Shown here piece after piece: positions 53,701-64,000 of a stretch of DNA of 64,000 nucleotides. Each line of letters opens with the position of its first letter. Position 1 is the first letter of the stretch. A model generated the notes under the pieces. The model searched no databases. It saw only the letters and a list, made by a program, of their open reading frames with translations, and had not been told where the DNA came from. This DNA comes from Rotaria socialis (taxonomy: Eukaryota), in the NCBI GenBank assembly GCA_905331295.1, contig CAJNYD010000062.1:62001-126000 (forward strand), written 5' to 3'. The position numbers and the translations under genes are program-made.

Positions 53701-56700
53701 CTCCTCCATTTTAGGTTTATTCTAATTTATGAAAATAAAGCTCCTTTCTGGTAACTGATATTTGCTATTCATCTTTAAAAATACTCGAATTGCTTTTACG
53801 TAGAAGTTTCGTTGAGCAACAGATCTCGTCCAATATTTCTTTTCATTTGCATTGCTTGTCAGTTTTCCAAATCGCGATGCATGGAATCAGGGTTGGAATC
53901 GACAAGAAATCGATAAAACGATCGGGTTCAGCCGGTTGTAAATCGCTTTTGAATCGGTAAAATTCCAGCAAATCATACAGTATGTGGTGCAGCTGATTGC
54001 TTAAAAATCGTTTCAGATAGTTAAAGTATGATTCGAACCGACAGTGTCTGTTCTAGCTAAATTAGCCAATGGTTGAATAGAACTATTAAACCAATACCAT
54101 CCAGTTTGTCATATAATGTATGAAGACAGCTAAAATCTCTAAGTTTCCTCATCAAGCTACTAGACAAAATTTTGCCTAAGAAAAAGTGTTTTGAAAATAT
54201 ATTTGAGATAATTTTAATCCTTGATGATATATGATTAAAACTTTCAGCAGGTCTGTCACAAGAATATGCGTAATCGTACATTGTCTCTCCGAGAATGAAC
54301 TAACGCAAAGAAGACGCGAAAATTGAAAGATAGTTTTTCTTAAATGTTCAAATTTTACTATCAAATCCCATTTTCATGACAATGTAACAATTAAATAAAA
54401 CACAAAAATGATAGATGATAGATCACTAACCAAGTTTGCCATGAGAGAGAAAAAGAGCAATAATGCAAAAAAGAAATAAGTAGCACTGTCAATAAGATTG
54501 TTTGCATCGACCGATCAAAGTGATTTATCATCATGCTTTCGTTGATTTCTCTGCCTTCTGAAAAAAAAATATGGCTCCATGCTCGTCCTTTTAAGATTAT
54601 AACCAATATTTATCCTAAACTGAACAAACTTTTGTGTTGCTAACAGCTTCAAAAGACTAGACGTATATGAATGTTCATAGTACATCATTTCGTTTAGCTG
54701 ATAGCAAAACTCGTAAAACACTTTTTTTTACAAAACGAGAGCTAAATGAAGATAGCTATTCGTAATATTCGAAATAATAATGTAATGCTTCAAGTATAAA
54801 TTCAAGCTGGCATTATATTACCCAGCCAAACAAGAGGTGTGAAAAGCGTATATTTTGTCCGGTTAAAACGCGTTCTCTTGTTTCGAGTCTGATAATTTCC
54901 GCAACGTAAACATTCACCAGCTTCCTTTCTTTTTCGAAAAAAAAATTTCATAAAGCGTTAAAACGTGCGCTTTTTACGCGTACAAACTTTGTTTTTCAAC
55001 GTTTGTCTGACGACTTAATCGTTAATATCAAACGTCGTTACCAAGGTATTAATATCTATACACATGACCAATTCAACGTTGGACGCACATATCCAGATCC
55101 GAATTTTCTGATAGGTCAAGTTACCACGTTCATCTGAAACTACGAAACATATTTTTCTAAAAAAAAGTAAAGAATGGTTGAATTGTGATAATTTGTTTAG
55201 CAATCAATGAGTGATCAGCTGTTTTTATAAACCACAAATTAGTTATGGATTATTTTGCGATATGAAATATAAGTTTTACTAGGAACCAATTCAAGTAGAT
55301 GCAAATGATAACAGTCAGAAAGTCGACACTAATGAGACAAAGAAAAATTTAATATGACGATGCTAAGTACCGATAGACTCTTTGGAGCTTTATTAATACA
55401 CCTGTAAATAATCTTTCGGAATAGGTTATTCGATGCTTCACCGACTACATCAACTAACTGAGCATTTAATGCATTTAATTATGTCAATGACCAGGCTATT
55501 GTCCTTATTTCAGCGTTTATATGTTAGTTTATGACATCTTATGAAATACACAATTAGAAAAGAGAATTCGAAATTTATAACATGAACTAAATCATGCAGT
55601 TGATGAGGAATCACATGACGTATTAATAAATTTTATGCAAGGGTATGTCAATAAAAACTTAAGAAGTGTATGAACACGTCGTATGTTCATATTTTAATTT
55701 TTATCTATACTGTAGACGAATAAATCTACGAAAATTTGTTTTAATCATAAAGTATATTTTATATTACAAACAAGATTTACAAGGATTTTGTCATTAGTAG
55801 TATACTCAAATAAGTCTTCGAAAGAATAATAACACAATACAAGGCCGTATAATATATTTACATAAACAAATTAGTGTATATGTATATTCGTCAATCGATG
55901 TGGCTGCTAGTTTTTTTTAAAATATTTATCAGGAATTTTATATTAAAAAAAAAACATTGATTCTAAAAACTCAGCTAATAAAATTCGATGCCTTGATTTT
56001 AAGTGTTTTCATACAGTTTCAGTCAGTAAATAGAATTTGTTTGTTAATAGAAGACGATTCAAGTGTTTGAGAATAATAAACTACATCATAATTATTACAA
56101 CATGCGATAGTTGCAATTATTTTTTGAATTTCCTTCGCGATTTTCTTATTTGAAGCTGAAAGAAAGTAAAAAGAAAAGTAATTGCTTGCTATCAATGTTT
56201 TAATAGAAAATCAGTACCCTCCATAAAAACCGACTTCAGCTGTTTTCTCCTTGGATTCTCGTCATTTATCAGATTTTAAATGCACTTATGGGTATACATG
56301 TTATATATATATAAGATGATTTTAACATTAATCATGAGATAAGCGTACGACATGCTTTATTGACTATTATCGAATATTGCATATAAACTTTTTGTAACTT
56401 ATTTTTTACGGAAAATTTCAGGCTGTATAATAATTTGAAATTTTTTACTTATTATAGAAAATATATTTTTAAACAAAGAACGATAAATAAATATTTTCAA
56501 AACGATATATATAGACATATATCGAACTAATATGCTTTTCTTGTTGCTCATATGATTATAAAACAAAATTGTGCAGTCCTAAAAAATGACCTTTCGATGC
56601 ATCGTGCTTGTAAAATTTTTTGGCTGTTCAATGTTTTATAACAAACCGATGTCAAGAATTTTAACAGCTAATAAACAAATATACAATCACAAAAAAGAAA

Positions 56701-58177
56701 CGAGACCATCTTAGGATCTAATTTATCAATATAACTTTTTTTCTATATTAAAGTTTACTTTTGATTGTGTTGTAACCAAACATGATTTTATTCCTTTTAA
56801 TGTAGAACAGAATAAAACAAAGAGTCTCGTCTTCTGGTTTGTATACGCTTGATAGCACGTTCATATAACATATCTGTCAAGCTAAGATATAAATTAAAAT
56901 ATCGTCAAATTCGCATCTTGTGCACTATTGTTTGTATACTAATAAATACAAGTCGATGAAATAGGATGCTGATTGCCTACTTGAGTTTCCTTTGGTACAT
57001 ATCATATTGTTTCAAGTATTCCTGATTGAATTCTATCTCTGTAGTTCGAAAGCATCTTTTCAAATAGTTCGATTTCGTATGAATGAAGTGTTTCTTTTAA
57101 AGAAATAAATGAATTGTTTTAATATCAATACATGACTTTTTGTTCGCTTTCAAAAGACCGCGTAAAGTCTAACCATTCTTGTTTCATTTAATAAAAACAT
57201 TGTCTGGTCTAAGCATCAATAAAAAAATGCTTCTACAATATTGTTTTAGTGTTTCGATAGTCATCGAATACTTTTTTCTCTTCATTTCGTCTATCCTTAT
57301 GACACGATTGATCTCGATATCCCTGAATTATACTTGCAAGCGTTACTATCGTTGTCCTTCCAATGGCTCGAGTCATATCAGCTTTTTCTTTCTGTTCATT
57401 AATATCAAATCAAAAAGAAAAAAAATGACGCAATATAGACAGAATAAGAAGAAAAAATGAGTGAGTCCAACCCACCGTTCAGGTAAATGAAGTAGAGGCG
57501 TGCCATCGATCACGACACATAGTACTACCCACCATCTCTCCTCATCATTGCGCCTGTTCACCATCATTCAATGGTGAAAGAAAGCCATTAGACTATTAAC
57601 CGATTCTGTTCGCTCATTCAGAAAAAGAAATAAAGAGAGAACGCGAAACAGGGAGGAGAGACGAGAACGACGGCGAGAAGAAAGAGAGAAGAAAAAAAGC
57701 ATTCTTCATTTATTTATTCATTCATTCATTGATCGTCTTGCCGGTTTAATGAACAAGCACGGAAGTAGGTATTCAACAGGGGAATAATTTGTTTTCGATC
57801 AATTTTTAAATTGTTCGTTTTGATCAGGTTTCCATTTTACAAATAAGAAAGAAAATTTTCTTCATGATTAAAGGCACATATTTGAATAGCAGACATTATA
57901 ACCTATCAACCTTGTAAGTTGATAAGTATAGATTGATCTTTTTTTGAAAAGTAGAGAAGCTTATGGAAGAGTATTGTCATCTCACTGTGATGATCCGTAG
58001 CTTAAAATAGAACTTTCTCATAATAAAATAATAAACTTTTTTCTTTTTTCTTTCGATTGAATCTATCAAATAGCTTGAATACATTAAGAACTATTGAAGA
58101 TGTGTTATTTTATTTTCAACCAAATATTTTTTCTTTAACACATCGATCGTTTTAGATGTAATTATAGATATTGAAAT

Positions 58178-58975
58178 ATGATCATGTTAACAATTCAGTA
58201 TTTGATTATTTTAATTATTGTACAAGTTTGTCATTTGTTTGTTCTTCTTGATGTTTCATCAAAATCAAATATATTAAAATATAATGAAGATCAACCTTCA
58301 TCGTTGTCTGCAACAAATCGCTATTATACAATAAATAATACAAGTTCATCATCTTTAATTGATTATATGAGAACATTATATGAACAAGAAAAACAAAATG
58401 ATATAAAATCTGATTACAATCTTATTCGAGCTCTTGTACCACGTATCGGTAAGACATATTTTATGAGTTTAATATGTGTCATATTGGATTAGAATTAAAG
58501 TAAGAAGAAAAGAAAGTTGAGTGCTTTTAGACACCCTTTGAATATGCTCATAAATCGATACGTATACTCCATGAAATAAACCAGACGACGAGACACGTTA
58601 GTTTTTCATGATCAGTTCAAAGTAGCATGCAATCTATGAAAATACATTCAATCAATGAACCTAATTGGTTATAGGAAACATTGTATTGCTATTAAAAGAT
58701 TCTAACTGAATGATTCTTTTTCCTTTTCTTTCCTTTTAGGCTAGCGATGTCAATTATAGACACGTTTTTCTTTTTAGAGTTAACTACCGTTTGACGTAAT
58801 GAATAGGGCGGATCATTTCTTTTCCGTGGTACATAATGATCAATTGTTGTCTGCTCGTTGACCTATGATCGCATAATCTTTTTTCTTTTTCTTTTTCTTC
58901 TTCATTTCTCATTGAACTTCTAAACAACAAAAACAGATACTCGTTTCTTTTTCTTGTTTATTTTAAGTAATCTAT

Positions 58976-59011
<36 letters not shown>

Positions 59012-60616
59012 TAGATAAACAATTGCGAATTTTGTCTGAGTAAATGGACATACTCATCAAAGTCAAGTACCATCTTAAGTAGAGTCATCGAAGAAAAAAG
59101 AAAGAATAACATGTTGGATTTTTTATCGGTTGAAATTTGTTCAACGAATAAAACATGATCAAAGACATTTCATCTCTCTCTCTCTCTCTCTCTCTCTCCA
59201 TATATATATATATATATATCAATTGTTGAATATAATATGAACAATCCACTATGTGAGCATTCTTCGTTCAAGATTATCTTCGAGATTAATTTTTATTAAA
59301 GTTGAATATGATCGTATCACATCGTCTTTATTAAACTTGGGTTCATTGTGGCATCTGTCACGAAACATTTTGCGAATCTGACTTAGTTAATCGATAAATG
59401 GCTATCTTGTTCATAAATCCATAGAGACAAAACATTTCATTTATATTAAAAAGAAAAGAAAATCATCATCATCTGATTTCTTTTCTTGCAGCTTGAATGC
59501 ATATTTTCTTTTTATTAATCTATAAGATGATTAGTGTTTAATATACGAAAGAGCCTATTGATAAAAGAAAACTTTCAATTTTAGTTGAAATCGATAATGT
59601 TACAATGTATGTCTTTGATTTAAATGTTATTCGTCGCACAGAAAGTATTTATGCTGTTTCATTACACTTTTATAAACGTCGCACACGTTGGCCAATATTA
59701 TATTCTTTGAATGAAATTTATTCATCACATCGACTTTCTTCACTTTCTGCTCAAATACAATTAGAACCTGATTCTTATGGTTGGCAATCATTTCCAATAG
59801 GTGATGTTATTCAACGTCAAATTAATTATTTGACAATACCAAAAAAATCTGAGTACTTCGGTATAACATTTAAACCAACAGTAACAACAAAAAATCAAAG
59901 AAGAAATATAATTGAACTAGAAAAATTTAGTGTTTATACACCATTTTTAATTATGTATTCGAATGATTCAAAGCCAACAAATGTTTTCGAAGAATTTATA
60001 CCGAAAAGTTTCGAAGAAGATATTCAATCGTATGAACAATTTGAAAAAGAAGTTAATAAGAGAAACAGGTTTGTATTTATTTAGCCATTTTGTAAAGAAA
60101 AAAAAATATATTGAAATCTACTTTATATATTTATTGTCATTTAGATTACGACGTTTTATTGAAGAAAAACAATTCACACTTGATTCAAATGCATTTCTTT
60201 CTAATTGGAATGATTCAATATCAACATTAGAATCGGAAACATGTTCAGTAAAACCTTTTGTCATTGATTTTTCTGATTTAGGATTTGCTTCATGGATGAT
60301 TGAACCAAAAAATTTTATGGCTAATCTATGTTCGGGTTCATGTCAAACTAAAGTTAGTATCAATATATTTGATGAAAAAATAATTTTAGTATTTTTCTTT
60401 TCTTTTCTTTTCTCGTGTGTTTAGTTGATGACAAATCATGCATTTCTTGAATATTTTCTTCAACGTTTAGGCGTTAGAAATGATTTAAATCTACCAAAAG
60501 CTGGTTGTGTACCTGAACGTTATGCACCTTTAACCGTATTCTATAAAAGTTCAGACTATAATTATCTTATTCGTCGTTTACCTAATATGATTGTCGAAGC
60601 GTGTCATTGTAGATGA
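58178..60616 (+). CDS. TGF-beta superfamily (BMP/GDF/Nodal-like) ligand precursor; 4 exons (58178-58448, 59585-60068, 60145-60352, 60425-60616)
   Basis: Signal peptide; prodomain motifs DYMRTLY, NLIRAL, YVFDL, GWQSF and PFLIMYS; furin site RLRR. Mature domain CSVKPFVIDFSDLGFASWMIEPKNFMANLCSGSC..NHA..AGCVP..PLTVFY..LPNMIVEACHCR*. Confidence 0.92.
58978..59011. repeat. (AAT)n microsatellite in intron 1 of the TGF-beta gene
   Basis: Direct run of aataataat... Confidence 0.95.
59174..59219. repeat. Compound (CT)n(AT)n microsatellite
   Basis: ctctct... followed by atatat... Confidence 0.95.
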
Positions 60617-61118
60617 GTGTATCGTTTTTGTTCTTTTTTTTTTGTTGTCGCTTCTTTCTTTTTAATGTATATTTGTGTGCTAATATAGATTCGTATCGAT
60701 ACATGACAAATAAATGTGTGTACTTAAGATAATTTTGTTTGAGAACAAGTCAATGAAATGATATAATAATTAACCGATACTTCAAGCTAAAAATATGCGC
60801 ACTGCAAGCAACTACTTGAATGTTTTATTTAGATAGAATTAGGCCTATTGAAAAATTAACTTTATTATATCAATAGTCTTGAAATTTAAGTGAGCCAATA
60901 GATTAATAATACATATTTAACATAAAGTTACCTTTAGGTGAATATGGAAATGAGATGAATAAGTGTATAAATATAATTGTGTGTAACGTTTTCATTATTT
61001 ATTTAATACAAAAGAAAATCTAGAATATTACAATTGAAGGACGTAACTTAATTTGAATTACTTTGATTTATAAGCGAAAAGAAAATATCTTTTTATATAG
61101 TCAAGAAATACGATTATG

Positions 61119-62135
61119 TTAATCTTGAGTTTCATTTTTTTTCTCTAGGACATTCAATTTTCTAGTGACAACATCAACAGGATATTTCAATGCTAATCGT
61201 CGAATATCATAACTAAACTCTTCAAAAGTTTCACGCCATAAACGAGCCTCTTCTGGTGTATAATTATAGAAACCATTACCATTTAGAATACCTTTTCCAC
61301 CTGTTTTAACAATATCATCAATAAGTTTCGGTATTTCAGTTTCATTACACAGCGTAGGCAATAAATCTCGCATAACAGCATGATAAGCTGGAATGCCTGT
61401 AAGATCCATCCATCGAAAGCAACCAACTAAAGTCATCCAATAACCAGCATTATTGCGACATGCTCGATCAACATCATCAACAGTAGCGTATCCATTTTCG
61501 ACTAGATAAAACGCTTCTCGATATAAAGCATACATAAGACGATTGGTGATAAAGCCACGAATATCTTTTCTTACGAGTGTTGGTTCTTTAGCCCAATGAT
61601 GTGAAAGTTGATATAACCATTCGGCCTTTTGCTGATCACTTTTGTTACCGCAAATAATTTCTAAAAATCGTGTTGTATGAGATGGCTCAGCCCAGTGTAA
61701 TCCAAAAAATCGACTCGGTACACAAGCCTCTTCTTGCAGAAGACTAATGGGAATGGCTGATGTATTACTTGTAATGATAGTTTCATTCGATACGACATTT
61801 TCAATATTTTTATAAACTTGCTTTTTGATTGTAATATCTTCAAGAGTACATTCAATAACTAAGGAAGTAACTTTAAGACAATTATAATCTTCGGTAATAG
61901 TCAAATTTTTTAAGTAATAAACTGGTTTTTCTAAACATATTTCTTGTTCAAATGATCGAGCGAGATGTTCATGAATACGAGTTTCAGCAGTTTCAAGATC
62001 GATTGGAATTGGAGCTACTGCTATAACTTGATGGCCAGCTATTAAGAGACAAGTAGTAATACTAGAGCCCATGAGTCCTATACCAACTACACCTACTATT
62101 ATTTGTGTAGGAAAGATACTCTCTTCGTTTGTCAT
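61119..62135 (-). CDS. 3-hydroxyacyl-CoA / 3-hydroxybutyryl-CoA dehydrogenase, intronless, bacterial type
   Basis: Rossmann motif VGVVGIGLMG, VIECTLEDITIK, IITSNTSAIPIS, RFFGLHWAEP..FLEII (catalytic His/Glu), KDIRGFITNRL, ATVDDVD, GCFRWMDLTG and GNGFYNY. First ATG is at 62135 (the ORF track starts at an upstream TTG). No introns over about 1 kb. Confidence 0.9.
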   Translation of the reverse strand: MTNEESIFPTQIIVGVVGIGLMGSSITTCLLIAGHQVIAVAPIPIDLETAETRIHEHLARSFEQEICLEKPVYYLKNLTITEDYNCLKVTSLVIECTLEDITIKKQVYKNIENVVSNETIITSNTSAIPISLLQEEACVPSRFFGLHWAEPSHTTRFLEIICGNKSDQQKAEWLYQLSHHWAKEPTLVRKDIRGFITNRLMYALYREAFYLVENGYATVDDVDRACRNNAGYWMTLVGCFRWMDLTGIPAYHAVMRDLLPTLCNETEIPKLIDDIVKTGGKGILNGNGFYNYTPEEARLWRETFEEFSYDIRRLALKYPVDVVTRKLNVLEKKNETQD

Positions 62136-63121
62136 GACTGTCTGTATGTTATTTTTCAAAAAGATTTTATTTCGTGTGCGACTTTTGCAACAACTTAGAT
62201 TAGATCAAAAGCGAATATGATACTTTCAAATGTATAACATACTTAGATTATTTCATAATATGTAAAGGAAAGAATGTTTACAGTGGTTATTCAATGGTTA
62301 TCAAGTTTGATAAAAAAGAAAGAAAACAGAAAGAAGAAAGAAGAAAAGAAAGACCGCATTTGTGTCTATTTGTTACTATAAATAATAAGATAAGACTCCA
62401 GTAAAGATATGCAACATTTGCAACTATTGTTTGACCTTCTTTAAAATCAAATGTGATGATATGCTACTATTTTTAATTCAGATATTAGTAGATAGTGTCT
62501 CAAAGAAATTTATCGATAATGTAATTCTCTGTTGTTTTTCTATTATTTCATTTTACCCTTAAATTAGGATCCACTCAGCTTTTTAGTGGACCAGAAAGAC
62601 TTCTACTTCGTTGAGCAATAAAATAGTTACTGTTATTTAAGGAGTTATCTATTGCACATTTTATATTATAAAATTGCTCAAACAAATACATGCCGAAAAG
62701 AAACTCTTAACTATAACATGTGATTTAAACGATTGACAAAGAACTGTTTATGCTTAAAAAATTGTTTTAGCTGGTTGAAATTTACGTTTGAAAATGTGTC
62801 GACTCAGACAGTGAAATCTTTCTAGTAGACATTAATTCCTATAACTTTAGTCTTTATAAAATATGATTTTTCTTAAAAATAACGAATAAAAAACATATTA
62901 GTCTGCATATTATGCATTGCAAAATGGAGAGCACTCTGATAAGCACACTCAAAGCTAATTGCTATCAATCAATTAGAGACGATGTGATGAAAAAGAATAT
63001 CTTTTAATATAAACTAGATGAATAGTTAAATAATGGAAAGACAATCTATTCACTAAATGATACAGAGCCTTCACAGTAATCATTGAATAAAATTAGAGAC
63101 TTAATCTCCTTAAAAAAAGCA

Positions 63122-64000
63122 TTAGAGAATATTACAGGAGACTGGTTCCTCTTTTGATTTTGATTGATTGACAATTTTCTTCAGACCACTCAACAGCCGA
63201 GCATATTCATTGAGATGAAAACGATCATTGCCAATATGATTTCTTAATCGACCATATTCTTGATCAATACGTACTGGTGAATCGATAATTAATTTTCCAT
63301 ACGTAATCAGTTGTGATCCATCAACAAAATCCAATGTATTTAATAAAGAATCCGATAATTTATTTTGTTGAAACCAATATTTTATTTCTTCACGTGTCCA
63401 CTCATCAAAGAATTTATTTGGCGTAATAGTTAAGATATTGTTTAACGAACGAACAGATGCAAATGATGATATTAAATTAGAAAATTGTTCTCGACTTATA
63501 CCATTATGACGCATTCGATGTTCATATTCGTCGTATTGTGCATCGTCATATGATAATAAGTTCATATATGCGATTAAAGCTCGACCAGATGATAATTGAA
63601 GAGTAGATGGTGGTAAATGAAGCCATTGTTGTATTTCTTCACAAGTCCATTGTTCAATTGAAGAAGTAGGAGTAGCGTTCGATACAGTTGTTTCTGACTG
63701 TGATTGTATATCGGGAATTTCTATAATTGGTCTAGAAGATGCAGACGATATCGTTTCTACAGTTTGTGTATTTATCATGTTAATTGTATTGGTTTCTGAT
63801 TTAATATTCAAATGTGATTTATTCGATGATGTAAATTTTTCATCATTCTTTTTACTTTTATCTAGTACATTAATCAATCCTAGAAGAATTTCCATCACTT
63901 CTTCATCATTTTTCTTATCTCCAAAACGAACCCATGTTGCAGAACCAACACGAATTTCAAACCAATCATCTGCTTTGTAATCTTTTCCTTGATAAATAGG
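63122..64000 (-). CDS. 3' part of a probable TIR-domain protein with two SAM-like repeats and a C-terminal CaaX; runs off the window
   Basis: The frame is open to the window edge. PIYQGKDYKADDWFEIRVGSATWVRF resembles the end of a TIR_2 domain. IEQWTCEEIQQWL and FDEWTREEIKYWFQQNKL..DGSQL are SAM-like starts. Ends in CNIL*. Confidence 0.6.
   Translation of the reverse strand, partial: PIYQGKDYKADDWFEIRVGSATWVRFGDKKNDEEVMEILLGLINVLDKSKKNDEKFTSSNKSHLNIKSETNTINMINTQTVETISSASSRPIIEIPDIQSQSETTVSNATPTSSIEQWTCEEIQQWLHLPPSTLQLSSGRALIAYMNLLSYDDAQYDEYEHRMRHNGISREQFSNLISSFASVRSLNNILTITPNKFFDEWTREEIKYWFQQNKLSDSLLNTLDFVDGSQLITYGKLIIDSPVRIDQEYGRLRNHIGNDRFHLNEYARLLSGLKKIVNQSKSKEEPVSCNIL

Noticed and set aside
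55300..57570. Possible upstream exons of the 51802-52303 gene (short minus-strand frames near 57567-57477, 56880-56845, 56270-56020, 55400-55372)
   Set aside because: Splice-like signals exist, but I could not join them in a consistent frame or recognise a domain.
61119..62159. Bacterial contamination as the source of the dehydrogenase
   Set aside because: It is contiguous without gaps with intron-containing animal genes, has the same AT-rich composition and shows no operon context; long reads would still be needed to exclude a chimera.

Overview
Strongly AT-rich eukaryotic (metazoan) genomic DNA with many ~50-80 bp GT-AG introns and three N gaps (18248-19046, 29491-29590, 53394-53493). Metazoan genes sit beside bacterial-type genes, and together with the repeat and gene-family types this suggests a bdelloid rotifer (Rotaria/Adineta-like); that assignment is an inference. 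Genes assembled by hand from splice sites: a secreted beta-helix GH141-like glycoside hydrolase (bacterial type, 2 introns), a GABARAP/ATG8 ending exactly at Gly116, FBXO42, a DNAJB6-like chaperone with a 1368-bp in-frame cassette exon, a calmodulin-like protein, FARP1/2 (FERM-RhoGEF-PH), FOXRED1 with an antisense GNAT gene nested in one intron, a TGF-beta/BMP ligand lacking the interchain cysteine, an intronless bacterial-type 3-hydroxyacyl-CoA dehydrogenase, and the 3' end of a TIR/SAM-like gene ending in CaaX. About 14.6-30 kb is a decayed, transposon-rich zone with two pseudogenes (B9D1 and a bdelloid-type LRR/F-box-like gene), a hAT-type MITE inside a pogo-like remnant, foldback elements and a Helentron/DINE-1-like element. 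The strongest leads are the operon-like FBXO42-ATG8 junction (39 bp, with a splice acceptor and no room for a promoter) and the DNAJB6 exon that duplicates the end of the J domain. No database searches were run; all family calls come from motif recognition.
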